This document shows, piece after piece, positions 18,196-27,368 of a stretch of DNA of 64,000 nucleotides. The notes beneath the pieces are model-generated. The model was not told where the DNA came from. It ran no database searches and saw nothing but the letters and a program-made list of their open reading frames with translations. Location: assembly GCA_017550335.1 (NCBI GenBank), contig JAFZPM010000003.1, positions 15,040 to 79,039 of the forward strand, read 5' to 3'. The position numbers and the translations under genes are program-made. The DNA is from Paludibacteraceae bacterium (GTDB lineage: Bacteria; Bacteroidota; Bacteroidia; Bacteroidales; Paludibacteraceae). How positions within the stretch are numbered: position 1 is the stretch's first letter; every line of letters begins with the position of its first letter.

Positions 18196-20835
18196 ATGAT
18201 AAACGGCAGACTGAAGAAATTAATATTCGCTGTGTTGTTCGCCTTTATGGCAGTTCCCGCCTCCGCAGTGCTTAAGGAAAAAGACCTCGAACAAACCCTG
18301 TTGGTGCTCCTGATGGAGCTGGAAACCTACAACGCGGAGCAGCAGGAGATGATGAAGCGGTACAACATGATCAGCAAGATGCAGCACCAGAACCTCATCA
18401 ACACCATGCAGAAGAGCGAGCAGATCGCCCTCATGCTCTATTCCCAGAAGCAGGACTACACCTTCGACCTCGCCTACGCCTGCCATGAGGCGACCCAGCA
18501 ATACAACAACTTCTCGAAGAACATGCTTCCGTTCCAGAAAATACAAGACATGTATAGGGTGGAGGTAAACCGTTACAATAACATCATCGATATCCTGGAG
18601 ATGCTTCCTCCCCGCATTAGGAAGGGACACAACGCCAACGACACTACCTTTCGAGCCCCGACCACGCATGTCCGCATGAACCATGAGGGGGAACTCGTCG
18701 ACTCGGCACGTGTGCTCCCCGCCCCAATCAAGACGGATGTGAAGGCATTGGCGGACAGCGCGAAGAAGAAGAGCATATTCCTGTTAAGCGAAAAGGGACA
18801 AGCGAGCAGGGACTCTTGCCTCGCCTTGGCGAACAACATCCGGGACAACCTCGTCTACCTTTACAACGAGGTCTCCAAGGACAGCGAGCACTACGAGTTC
18901 GTCTCCCAAAGGCTGAAGAAGGTGAACGACTACGCCATGGACCGCTACTCCGACATCAAGAATCTCATCTTCATCAACGGTGACGTGAACTACTTCACGA
19001 TCCTCAAGCGATGGGACTTCTACTACAACAACGCCAAGGAGGATATCATAGAGAAGTACACGCAACCTAAGAACAAAAGCGTGAAATCGGAGTGGCGCGG
19101 GCCGATCGTCATCGGACTGGCCATCTTCATCGTCTTCTACTTGATTGTGGCATTCCTGCTCAGCAACGTCATCATCCGCTTCGCGGTGCCATCCCGCTTC
19201 AAGACGAATGTGTTCATCGCCAAGAAACCGTTCTACATCTTGGCGTTCTCCTTCGTGCTCTTTGTCATTGTGCTCCTGATCTTAAGGCTCTTCACCTTGC
19301 ATAACTTCTTCATGATGGCGAGCGGACTGCTGATCGAGTACGCCGGACTCGTCTCGGCGGTGCTCTTCTCGTTGTTGATACGCTCCAGCATCAAGCAAAT
19401 AAGAAGCAGTTTCATCATCTACACGCCTATCCTCCTGATGGGCTTCATCATCATCGTGTTCCGCATCATCTTCGTGACGAACAGCGTGGTGAGCATCCTA
19501 TTCCCGCCTGTCCTGCTCTTCTTCACCATCTGGCAGGCCATCTCCCTGAAAAAGCATAGGAAAAAGATACATACCAGTGACGGGTTGTACACGCTTGTCT
19601 CCCTCGTCGTCATCATCACCAGTTGCATCGCCAGCTGGTGCGGATACTCCCTGCTCGCCGTGCAGATATTCATCTGGTGGCTGTTCCAGTTGATGGCGAT
19701 ACAGACCATCACCTGCCTCTACTACCTCATCAAGAAATATGAGTTCCGCTTCCTCACGGCAAGGGCCATCAAGAAGGACGAGAGCTTGTCCCTCCGACAG
19801 GCTAGGCAACTGGCCTACGAGATGGTGCACCCGAACAAGCACACATTGGGCGACCATATACGCATCACCTGGCCATACGACCTCTTCATCAAGACCCTGG
19901 TGCCTATCTTCATCATCAGCTCCGTCCTGATCTGCGTCGTCCTGGCAGCGGGCATCTTCGACCTCTCGGAGACCTTCAAGATCATGTTCTACACCAACTT
20001 CATCAACGTGGAGGGGGTTTGCCAACTCTCCCTCTTCAAGATGCTGGTCATCTCCGTCACCTTCTTCGTCTGCCGCTTCATCTGCTACGGAATGAAGGCG
20101 ATATACAAGCAATACCGAGTCAAACATTTCACCTTCAACGGGGAGGCCAACATCACGCTGGCGAACAACATCATCTCCATCCTCGTGTGGGGCGGTTTCT
20201 TCATCTATGTCCTTGTCTTCCTGAAGGTGCCTAAGTCCGGCATCTCCATCGTGACGGCGGGCTTGGCGACAGGTATCGGTTTCGCCATGAAGGATGTCAT
20301 CGAGAACTTCATCTATGGCCTCTCGCTCATGACAGGACGTGTCAGGGTGAACGACTACATCGAGTGCGACGGCGTCAGGGGAAGGGTGGACACCATCACC
20401 TACCAGAGCACGCAGATCGTCACCCTGGATGGCTGCGTCATCGCCTTCCTCAACACGACATTGTTCAACAAGACCTTCAAGAACCTCACCCGCAACCATG
20501 GGTACGAGTTCATCAAACTCTCCGTCGGCATCAGCTATGGCTCGGACATCGAGCAAGTCAGGAAGGTGTTGGTGAAGGCGCTGACCGTACTGACCAAGGC
20601 GGACGAGACAGGCATCTCGCCTATCGAGCCTAACCGAGGCATCAATGTGATCGTGGACGAGTTCGGGGACAATAGCGTGAACCTATTCGTCACCTTCTGG
20701 GGATTGGTGGAAAGGAAACTGTTCCTCTGCGGCAAGGCGAAGGAAATCATCTATAACACACTCAATTCGAACAATATAAACATCCCATTCCCTCAACGCA
20801 CCATCTACATCAAAGAGATGCCTACGGACAAATAA
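18196..20835 (+). CDS. mechanosensitive ion channel family protein (large MscK/MscS-like)
   Basis: 879 aa with a signal peptide, a coiled-coil periplasmic region and multiple TM helices. MscS core 'GLATGIGFAMKDVIENFIYGLSLMTGRVRVNDYIECDGVRGRVDTITYQSTQIVTLDG'. Confidence 0.85.
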   Translation: MINGRLKKLIFAVLFAFMAVPASAVLKEKDLEQTLLVLLMELETYNAEQQEMMKRYNMISKMQHQNLINTMQKSEQIALMLYSQKQDYTFDLAYACHEATQQYNNFSKNMLPFQKIQDMYRVEVNRYNNIIDILEMLPPRIRKGHNANDTTFRAPTTHVRMNHEGELVDSARVLPAPIKTDVKALADSAKKKSIFLLSEKGQASRDSCLALANNIRDNLVYLYNEVSKDSEHYEFVSQRLKKVNDYAMDRYSDIKNLIFINGDVNYFTILKRWDFYYNNAKEDIIEKYTQPKNKSVKSEWRGPIVIGLAIFIVFYLIVAFLLSNVIIRFAVPSRFKTNVFIAKKPFYILAFSFVLFVIVLLILRLFTLHNFFMMASGLLIEYAGLVSAVLFSLLIRSSIKQIRSSFIIYTPILLMGFIIIVFRIIFVTNSVVSILFPPVLLFFTIWQAISLKKHRKKIHTSDGLYTLVSLVVIITSCIASWCGYSLLAVQIFIWWLFQLMAIQTITCLYYLIKKYEFRFLTARAIKKDESLSLRQARQLAYEMVHPNKHTLGDHIRITWPYDLFIKTLVPIFIISSVLICVVLAAGIFDLSETFKIMFYTNFINVEGVCQLSLFKMLVISVTFFVCRFICYGMKAIYKQYRVKHFTFNGEANITLANNIISILVWGGFFIYVLVFLKVPKSGISIVTAGLATGIGFAMKDVIENFIYGLSLMTGRVRVNDYIECDGVRGRVDTITYQSTQIVTLDGCVIAFLNTTLFNKTFKNLTRNHGYEFIKLSVGISYGSDIEQVRKVLVKALTVLTKADETGISPIEPNRGINVIVDEFGDNSVNLFVTFWGLVERKLFLCGKAKEIIYNTLNSNNINIPFPQRTIYIKEMPTDK

Positions 20836-20882
20836 GAGGACAGGGAAACAAGATTGGGGAACAGGCGATCACACGGGGAGCA

Positions 20883-21242
20883 TTACTCCCTCACATAGTT
20901 CAGCACCACGGCCGACGCCTCCAACTGCGCAGGAACGGGTGGATGCATTTTACGGACGGTGAGTTCCATCGTCTCGATCTGTCGGAACCGTGAGAGGATG
21001 GCTTGTTGTATCCTCCACGCCACGTTTTCGATCAATTGGGAAGGCCGTCTCATCTCCTCCTTTATCATTTCACAGATCTCCGCATAGTTGATGGCGTCCT
21101 GGATGTTGTCCGTCCGGGCCGCCAGAGAGAAGTCATAACCGATCTTCAACGACACACGATACTCCCCGCCCACGACATTCTCCGTGGGGATGACGCCATG
21201 GTAGGCGAATATCTGCAGGTTATCCACTATAAGGTAATTCAT
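20883..21242 (-). CDS. folB: dihydroneopterin aldolase
   Basis: 119 aa. 'LQIFAYHGVIPTENVVGGEYRVSLKIGYD' is typical of FolB. Overlaps rsmD by 4 nt. Confidence 0.8.
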   Translation of the reverse strand: MNYLIVDNLQIFAYHGVIPTENVVGGEYRVSLKIGYDFSLAARTDNIQDAINYAEICEMIKEEMRRPSQLIENVAWRIQQAILSRFRQIETMELTVRKMHPPVPAQLEASAVVLNYVRE

Positions 21243-21784
21243 TCCGCCGATTTTTTTATGAAGAAGGTGAAATTCACATGCCCGTATTTCCTATGCTCGA
21301 GGAAGTTGGGGTGCGATTCGAAACTGAAATCCTTGGGGTGTTCCAATATGAGGAGGCCCTCCTCGTTCAGCAGGTCTTGCTGAAAGACGATGTCAGGTAT
21401 CTCCTTCAACCGAGGGTGGTCATAGGGCGGGTCGGCAAAGACCAGATCGAACTTGGAAGCGCACCGCTCCACATACTTGAACGTGTCTCCCTTGATGGTG
21501 TTGATCTCATCGGCTTTCAGCTCCGCAACGGTCTTTTTGATGAACAGATAGTTGGTGGCGTTCATCTCCAATAAGGTGACGCTCGGGCATCCCCTGGAGG
21601 CGAATTCAAGGCTGATGCTGCCCGTTCCCCCGAACATATCCAACACCCTTGTCTCCTCGTAGTCGATACGGTTGTTGAGGATATCGAACAACGCCTCCTT
21701 GGCCACGTCCGTCGTGGGGCGAGCCTTCAGGTTCTTGGGAGGGGAAAAGCGTTTCCCCTTGTATTTTCCGCTAACTATACGCAT
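21239..21784 (-). CDS. rsmD: 16S rRNA (guanine966-N2)-methyltransferase
   Basis: 'MRIVSGKYKGKRFSPPKNLKARPTTDVAKEALFDIL', 'DMFGGTGSISLEFASRG' and 'FADPPY' are RsmD signatures. Confidence 0.85.
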   Translation of the reverse strand: MRIVSGKYKGKRFSPPKNLKARPTTDVAKEALFDILNNRIDYEETRVLDMFGGTGSISLEFASRGCPSVTLLEMNATNYLFIKKTVAELKADEINTIKGDTFKYVERCASKFDLVFADPPYDHPRLKEIPDIVFQQDLLNEEGLLILEHPKDFSFESHPNFLEHRKYGHVNFTFFIKKSAE

Positions 21785-22611
21785 GTCGGTAAATCAAATA
21801 GAATGGTTTGTTTACGGCAGATCTCCGCCTTGGCGAACGACTTGCCCAGCTCGACGGAAGGACGGTTGTTGAGGCTCACATGGCTGACATACTCGCCCAA
21901 CCGCGCCAAAGCGCTATCCTTCTCCTTCACATCGCCCCGCACGGTCACCTTCACGTTGCAAGGGTCCAACTGCAACTGGTCGAAGACGTTGAGCGTGAAA
22001 TAGAGGAACTCCTCGGCGTTCTTCCGCGGGAATGTGTTGGCCATCTGCAGGACATTACCCTTCACGGCCACGAGGTCGAAGAAGCCCTGCCCCATCAGAA
22101 TTCCGACGGAATCCTCGCCCGACTCCTTGCTCCGCATCATCGTCTGGGTGGAGAGCAGGCTTTGCCTATGGACAAAACGGATGGAGGGGAATCTCTCCTC
22201 CAGGGCGTTTGCCACCTCCGCCTGGACACCATGGAGAAGGACCGCGTCGCAGAGCTCTATCGGGTCCTGCATCACCTTGACAAGGGATGGGTCCCCATGG
22301 GTACAGAACTTCCAATAGGCCACCTTGTCCGCCTCATCGGAGATGGCGGAGGGCATCAACGTGTACGACCTGTCATCGTTGAGGAAGAAGACCTCGTTGT
22401 ACTTGCGGCGCAGGGAATCCAGCTTGTTCAGATGCTCGGTGAATTGCTGCGCGACACTCTTGCCCGCCTCCGCGATGTGGCAGAAATAGAGCGGACGCCT
22501 CTCCGTAAGGGAGGCCACGACAAAACAAAATCCATCCGGCAAGAACCGAATGGATAATGTATGATTAGGCGAGTTCGCCGGATCGAAGGATGACTCCGCT
22601 ATCTCGATCAT
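21775..22611 (-). CDS. DUF3822 family protein
   Basis: Sequence style and position (upstream of rsmD) match Bacteroidota DUF3822 proteins, from memory. I prefer the Met at 22611 (MIEIAESS), which avoids the 44-nt overlap created by the track start at 22659. Confidence 0.5.
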   Translation of the reverse strand: MIEIAESSFDPANSPNHTLSIRFLPDGFCFVVASLTERRPLYFCHIAEAGKSVAQQFTEHLNKLDSLRRKYNEVFFLNDDRSYTLMPSAISDEADKVAYWKFCTHGDPSLVKVMQDPIELCDAVLLHGVQAEVANALEERFPSIRFVHRQSLLSTQTMMRSKESGEDSVGILMGQGFFDLVAVKGNVLQMANTFPRKNAEEFLYFTLNVFDQLQLDPCNVKVTVRGDVKEKDSALARLGEYVSHVSLNNRPSVELGKSFAKAEICRKQTILFDLPTCV

Positions 22612-22615
22612 AAGC

Positions 22616-23302
22616 TTACTCCCAGTTACCTGCGTTGTTATTTGGAGAGTTGACGTCACCCACCTTCAGACCAGGGAACCTCTTGAGCGTCTTAACAGCC
22701 TCCTCCTTGATGTTGATGATCTGCTGCTTGTCCAATCCATTCAAATATACCTCGAACGGAACACTTGCCTCAAACAATGGCACCTCAACGTTAGATTTGG
22801 TGAGGAACATCTTGCTCTGCAGATCGAACTTAGCCTGATTGTTAGTGAAAGGCACAATATCCAACGTCGAAGCATCGAAATCGTCACCGAAGATGGAACT
22901 CTTCACATTTACATAGTTCGTGTCACGACGGAAATTGGTCATGAAGGAATCATAGTTAGCGATACCATACTTCGGAGCATCCTCAGGAGTAAGACTAACG
23001 GCGATCTCCTCCGTCAATCCAGCCTTCATCTGATCGTCCGTAAGCTCTCCCTTCTTGGCAACCTTCGGAATCACACCCGTGTTGACGAAGTCAATCAAGT
23101 CCTGCATCTTTCCAGCATACTTCCCGTTCGCCTCACAATAGGCAATTTGGGCCTTTCTGATGTTTACCAATTTCTCGATAACCACAGCGTCTCGGACCGC
23201 CTTTTGTTCCGCGAACTCAATAGGGTTCATTACGCTTCTATAGCACATGTACGCCAAAAGAGGTATGGCGACAATCAAAAGGACTTTTAATACGTTTCTC
23301 AT
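22616..23302 (-). CDS. hypothetical N-terminally anchored protein
   Basis: 228 aa with a single N-terminal hydrophobic helix (VLKVLLIVAIPLLAYMCY). First gene of the apparent operon with DUF3822, rsmD and folB. Confidence 0.5.
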   Translation of the reverse strand: MRNVLKVLLIVAIPLLAYMCYRSVMNPIEFAEQKAVRDAVVIEKLVNIRKAQIAYCEANGKYAGKMQDLIDFVNTGVIPKVAKKGELTDDQMKAGLTEEIAVSLTPEDAPKYGIANYDSFMTNFRRDTNYVNVKSSIFGDDFDASTLDIVPFTNNQAKFDLQSKMFLTKSNVEVPLFEASVPFEVYLNGLDKQQIINIKEEAVKTLKRFPGLKVGDVNSPNNNAGNWE

Positions 23303-23407
23303 ATCGTTTTTAATAATTATTTTTGTTCCGCAATTTTTTTAAAGCACAAAAATAAAAAAAAAGGTTTTAACAAGGACTCCTAACATGAGTTATTTTGAAA
23401 AAAAGTG

Positions 23408-24796
23408 ATGAATCGATTCTTGTCGGAGAAAATAATAGCCGCGTTTGAACATGAACCCACCTCGCAGCAACATGCTCTAGTAGAGGCGTTAAGCTCCTTC
23501 GTGGTGGACGGATTGGACCATCTTTTCCTCCTAAAGGGGTATGCGGGTACGGGTAAGACTTCGGTCGTTTCGGCTTTGATCAAAGTGATGGATGAATTGG
23601 AGCAACCTGTCATCCTGATGGCCCCCACAGGCCGCGCCGCCAAGGTGCTCTCCTCCTACTCGGGACATCCCGCATCCACGGTGCATCGGAAAATCTACCG
23701 ACAGCGTGTGGGGGGTAGCCTGGAAGCGGACTTCTCCCTGAACGTGAACCTCCACAAACAAACCCTCTTCATCGTGGACGAGGCTTCCATGCTCGCGAAC
23801 GCTGGCGACTCCGTCTTCGGCTCCGGCAACCTCCTGGATGACCTGATGTCGTACGTCTATAGCGGAGACGGATGCCGCATGATCCTAGTGGGAGACACCG
23901 CACAGCTGCCTCCCGTGGGACAGGAAGAAAGCCCCGCACTTTGTTCGGATTACATGAAGGGATACGGCTTCCCTATCGACGAATACCTCCTGACGGACGT
24001 GGTGCGCCAAGCGAACGAGTCGGGCATCCTCTACAACGCGACCGCCCTCCGTCTCCTCCTGATGCAGGGCGCGGAAGGTGCCTTCCCGAAAGTGGACATG
24101 GACTTCCCCGACATCAAAAAGGTTTCGGGGGAGGACCTGATCGAGGAGATCTCCTCCTCCTACAACCGGGAGGGAATGGACGAGACCATCATCGTATCCC
24201 GGTCAAACAAACGAACCAATATCTTCAACGAGGGAATACGCAACAGAATCCTATACCGTGAGGAGGATTTCTCCTCGGGCGACTGGGTCATGGTGGTGAA
24301 AAACAACTACTTCTGGTCGAAACAGACGGACGGCAAACTGGACTTCATAGCCAACGGTGACATCGCCGAAGTGCGCCGTGTGCGCCGCCGTACGGAGGTC
24401 TATGGCTTCCACTTCGCCGAAGCGACGCTCTACTTCCCTGATTATGAGGTCGAAATAGAGGCGAAGATCCTACTGGACACCCTCCGTAGCGAATCGCCTT
24501 CCCTCACCTACGAGGAGAGCAACCGCCTCTTCCTCTCCGTCCAAGAGGATTACATGGAGATACACAACAAGAGGGACCGACTGAAGGCGATGCGGGAAGA
24601 CCCCTACCTGAATGCGCTGCAACTGAAGTTCGCCTATGCGGTCACCTGCCACAAGGCACAGGGCGGACAATGGAGCAACGTCTTCCTGGACAAGGGCTAC
24701 GTGACGGACGACATGGTGAATGCCGAGTACCTCCGCTGGCTCTACACCGCCTTCACCCGCGCGACGAAAACATTGTACCTGATTAATTGGGAATAA
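23408..24796 (+). CDS. RecD-like superfamily I DNA helicase (AAA_30 / UvrD_C_2 type)
   Basis: Walker A 'GYAGTGKTS', 'LMAPTGRAAKVL', 'FIVDEASM', and C-terminal 'AYAVTCHKAQGGQWSNVFL'. The ATG at 23408 follows the GTG at 23405 used by the track. Confidence 0.8.
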   Translation: MNRFLSEKIIAAFEHEPTSQQHALVEALSSFVVDGLDHLFLLKGYAGTGKTSVVSALIKVMDELEQPVILMAPTGRAAKVLSSYSGHPASTVHRKIYRQRVGGSLEADFSLNVNLHKQTLFIVDEASMLANAGDSVFGSGNLLDDLMSYVYSGDGCRMILVGDTAQLPPVGQEESPALCSDYMKGYGFPIDEYLLTDVVRQANESGILYNATALRLLLMQGAEGAFPKVDMDFPDIKKVSGEDLIEEISSSYNREGMDETIIVSRSNKRTNIFNEGIRNRILYREEDFSSGDWVMVVKNNYFWSKQTDGKLDFIANGDIAEVRRVRRRTEVYGFHFAEATLYFPDYEVEIEAKILLDTLRSESPSLTYEESNRLFLSVQEDYMEIHNKRDRLKAMREDPYLNALQLKFAYAVTCHKAQGGQWSNVFLDKGYVTDDMVNAEYLRWLYTAFTRATKTLYLINWE

Positions 24797-24826
24797 CATT
24801 GGTGCGAAGAAACGCTCGCCACCTCC

Positions 24827-24862
24827 GAACAACAAAGAAGGCGAACCGTTCGGCCCGCCTTC
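24827..24862 (-). terminator. intrinsic-terminator-like hairpin downstream of trpB2
   Basis: GAAGGCG (24837-24843) pairs with CGCCTTC (24856-24862). On the minus strand it is followed by ctttgttgtt. Confidence 0.45.
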
Positions 24863-24886
24863 CCTATGGAATTCATACGATAATCA

Positions 24887-26254
24887 TTACTTGATGATCT
24901 TCTCCAATTTATCCACGTTCGCTTTGATCACCTCATCCGGCAACTCGTAGTTGACGAGGTCGCCTTCGATGAACTGGTCGTAAGCGGTCATATCGATCAA
25001 TCCGTGACCGGAAAGGTTGAAGAGGATGACCTTCTCCTTGCCCTCTTCCTTAGCCTTCTTCGCCTCGCGGATAGCGGCGGCAATAGCATGGGAGGACTCT
25101 GGAGCAGGAATGATTCCCTCTGTGCGGGCGAACAAAGTAGCCGCCTCGAACGTCTCCAACTGAGGGATGTCCACACCCTTCATCATACCGTCCTTGATCA
25201 ACTGGCTGACGATGGTTCCCGCACCGTGGTAACGGAGACCGCCGGCGTGGATATGGGCTGGCGCGAAGTTATGACCCAACGTGTACATAGGCAACATTGG
25301 TGTGTAACCCGCCTCATCACCGAAGTCATATTGGAAGACACCACGGGTCAACTTAGGGCAGGAAGCCGGCTCAGCCGCAAAGAACTGCGTCTTCTTGCCG
25401 TCCAAGATGTTATGTCTCATGAACGGGAAGGAGAGTCCGCCGAAGTTGGAACCACCACCGAAGCAACCGATGATGATGTCTGGGTATTCGCCCGCCATCT
25501 CCATCTGCTTCTCAGCCTCCAAACCGATGATGGTCTGGTGGAGGGTCACGTGGTTCAAGACGCTACCTAACACGTATTTGCAGTTAGGTGTCTGCATGGC
25601 GAGCTCCACCGCCTCCGAGATGGCGGTACCCAAACTACCTTGGTAGCTAGGGTTGGCGGTCAAAATATCTTTACCGGCACGTGTGCTCATGCTTGGGGAA
25701 GCGATCACCTGCGCACCGAAGGTCTGCATGATGGAACGACGGTATGGTTTCTGGTGGTAGCTGACCTTTACCATGAAGACAGCCAACTCCAGTCCGAATG
25801 CCTTCGCAGCGTAGGAAAGGGCGGCACCCCATTGTCCCGCGCCGGTCTCCGTCGTGATGTTGGTCACACCCTCCTTCTTGCAGTAGTAAGCCTGCGCCAA
25901 AGCGGAGTTCAGTTTGTGTGAGCCGACAGGGCTGACGCTCTCGTTCTTGAAGTAGATGTGCGCTGGCGTATCCAACGCCTTCTCCAATCCGTAAGCTCTC
26001 ACCAAAGGCGTGGAACGATAGCTCTTGTAGAGGTCGCGTACCTCCTCAGGAATCTCGATCCATGCGTCCGTCGTGTTCAACTCCTGCTCGGAACACGCGC
26101 GGTTGAAAAGGCCGCACATCTCATCGACCGTGATAGGCTTCTTTGTCTGTGGGTTCAACATAGGAAGCGGCTTGTTCTTCATATCCGCTACGATGTTATA
26201 CCATTTCCTTGGTATCTCATTCTCCTGCAAAAAGAATCTTTTTTGTTTTTCCAT
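24887..26254 (-). CDS. trpB: TrpB-like PLP-dependent enzyme (tryptophan synthase beta chain, TrpB2 type)
   Basis: 455 aa. 'FFLQENEIPRKWYNIVADM', 'NESVSPVGSHKLNSA' (PLP lysine), and the long-form size are typical of TrpB2. No trpA or other trp genes are adjacent. Confidence 0.85.
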   Translation of the reverse strand: MEKQKRFFLQENEIPRKWYNIVADMKNKPLPMLNPQTKKPITVDEMCGLFNRACSEQELNTTDAWIEIPEEVRDLYKSYRSTPLVRAYGLEKALDTPAHIYFKNESVSPVGSHKLNSALAQAYYCKKEGVTNITTETGAGQWGAALSYAAKAFGLELAVFMVKVSYHQKPYRRSIMQTFGAQVIASPSMSTRAGKDILTANPSYQGSLGTAISEAVELAMQTPNCKYVLGSVLNHVTLHQTIIGLEAEKQMEMAGEYPDIIIGCFGGGSNFGGLSFPFMRHNILDGKKTQFFAAEPASCPKLTRGVFQYDFGDEAGYTPMLPMYTLGHNFAPAHIHAGGLRYHGAGTIVSQLIKDGMMKGVDIPQLETFEAATLFARTEGIIPAPESSHAIAAAIREAKKAKEEGKEKVILFNLSGHGLIDMTAYDQFIEGDLVNYELPDEVIKANVDKLEKIIK

Positions 26255-26290
26255 TTTGTTATGTTATTAAAAATATTGTTTCCTAAAAGC

Positions 26291-26326
26291 AAAAGAAAAA
26301 CCGCAGACCTCGGAGGCTTGCGGTTT
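26291..26326 (-). terminator. intrinsic terminator in the trpB2 leader (candidate attenuator)
   Basis: Minus-strand RNA AAACCGCAAGCCUCCGAGGUCUGCGGUUUUUCUUUUGCUUUU: a GC-rich stem (CCGCA/UGCGG plus CC/GG) followed by a U-run. It lies 36 nt upstream of the trpB2 ATG, and no upstream minus-strand gene exists for it to terminate. Confidence 0.65.
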
Positions 26327-26379
26327 CACTATCTTATTTGAATATGTCACATGCGCTAGTTGCAGACCCTCCGTTTGAA

Positions 26380-26436
26380 TCAGAATCTGCGCCACCAACG
26401 TTTGCTATAGTTCCTAAACACATTCATTAAAATCAT
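26380..26436 (-). CDS. candidate trp leader peptide (MILMNVFRNYSKRWWRRF, tandem Trp codons)
   Basis: Minus strand reads atg att tta atg aat gtg ttt agg aac tat agc aaa cgt tgg tgg cgc aga ttc tga. There are two adjacent TGG codons three codons before the stop. The stop lies 53 nt upstream of the terminator hairpin. An alternative start is at 26427. Confidence 0.55.
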   Translation of the reverse strand: MILMNVFRNYSKRWWRRF

Positions 26437-26515
26437 TCCTTTTTCTTATTCACAAAGGAATATAATTTTTTCTTACGCACAAAATAATTTCGAAAAAAAA
26501 CACAAATTTTACCAT

Positions 26516-26565
26516 AGCGGGTTCATTTACGATTTACTATACCGTAGATGCCAAAGCCTCACCAT
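26516..26565 (+). repeat. short copy of the dispersed 'CATTTACGATTTACTAT' intergenic element
   Basis: gcgggttcatttacgatttactataccgtagatgccaaagcc aligns with both ends of the longer copies at 45072, 47432 and 62147. Confidence 0.5.
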
Positions 26566-26678
26566 TCCTCATCGAACCGACACCCCTCCCCTCTTGCACA
26601 TCTCCGTTTTTTTTGCGAATATCGCGTAAGATAATGACAAGAGAGGGATTCACCCGCAACATACTAAGGATAAGCGAA

Positions 26679-27233
26679 ATGAAGATTACGTTCAATTCTC
26701 CCATCATACTGACATTCGCCTTTATATCGGCCATCGCCCTCGTACTGGGCGTACTCACCAACGATTGGACCACTAAGGTATTCTTCTCCACCTACGACTC
26801 GTCCCTGCTCAACCCCTTGACCTACGTGAGGAGCCTCACCCATGTGCTGGGGCACGCCTCCTTCTCCCACTACATCAACAATATGCTCTTCTTCCTACTC
26901 TTGGGACCCATCCTGGAGGAGAAATACGGCAGCAAGCGCATCATGATCGTCATCGGGGCAACGGCCATCATCACAGCCATCATCAACAGCATATTCACAT
27001 CCTGTGCCCTACTGGGCGCTTCGGGCGTCGTATTCGCCTTCATCATCCTGGCCTCCATGACCTCTTTCCGAGAGAAGGAGATACCCCTGACCTTCATCCT
27101 GATCATTTTCCTATACCTCGGACGGGAGGTCTTCAACGGAATATTCTCTTCGGACAATATCTCACAATCCGCCCACCTCATCGGAGGGGCGTGCGGCGCC
27201 ATCGCCGGATTCGTCTTCGCACCGAAGAAATAA
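26679..27233 (+). CDS. rhomboid family intramembrane serine protease
   Basis: 'HYINNMLFFLLLGPILEEKYG', catalytic 'GASGVVFA' and 'AHLIGGACG'. Start chosen at MKITFNSPIILTF. The track's TTG at 26613 or the ATG at 26634 are alternatives. Confidence 0.8.
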   Translation: MKITFNSPIILTFAFISAIALVLGVLTNDWTTKVFFSTYDSSLLNPLTYVRSLTHVLGHASFSHYINNMLFFLLLGPILEEKYGSKRIMIVIGATAIITAIINSIFTSCALLGASGVVFAFIILASMTSFREKEIPLTFILIIFLYLGREVFNGIFSSDNISQSAHLIGGACGAIAGFVFAPKK

Positions 27234-27368
27234 GCATCTGAACGGTCCCCCAGCATCTGCCTGATTGACTATTATGCACCAAAAATCCAATCATTTGAGG
27301 AGATTATCATAATCATTTCCCCATGGAAAGCATACCTTGCGCCCTGAAAAACATAAACTCTACATCCA

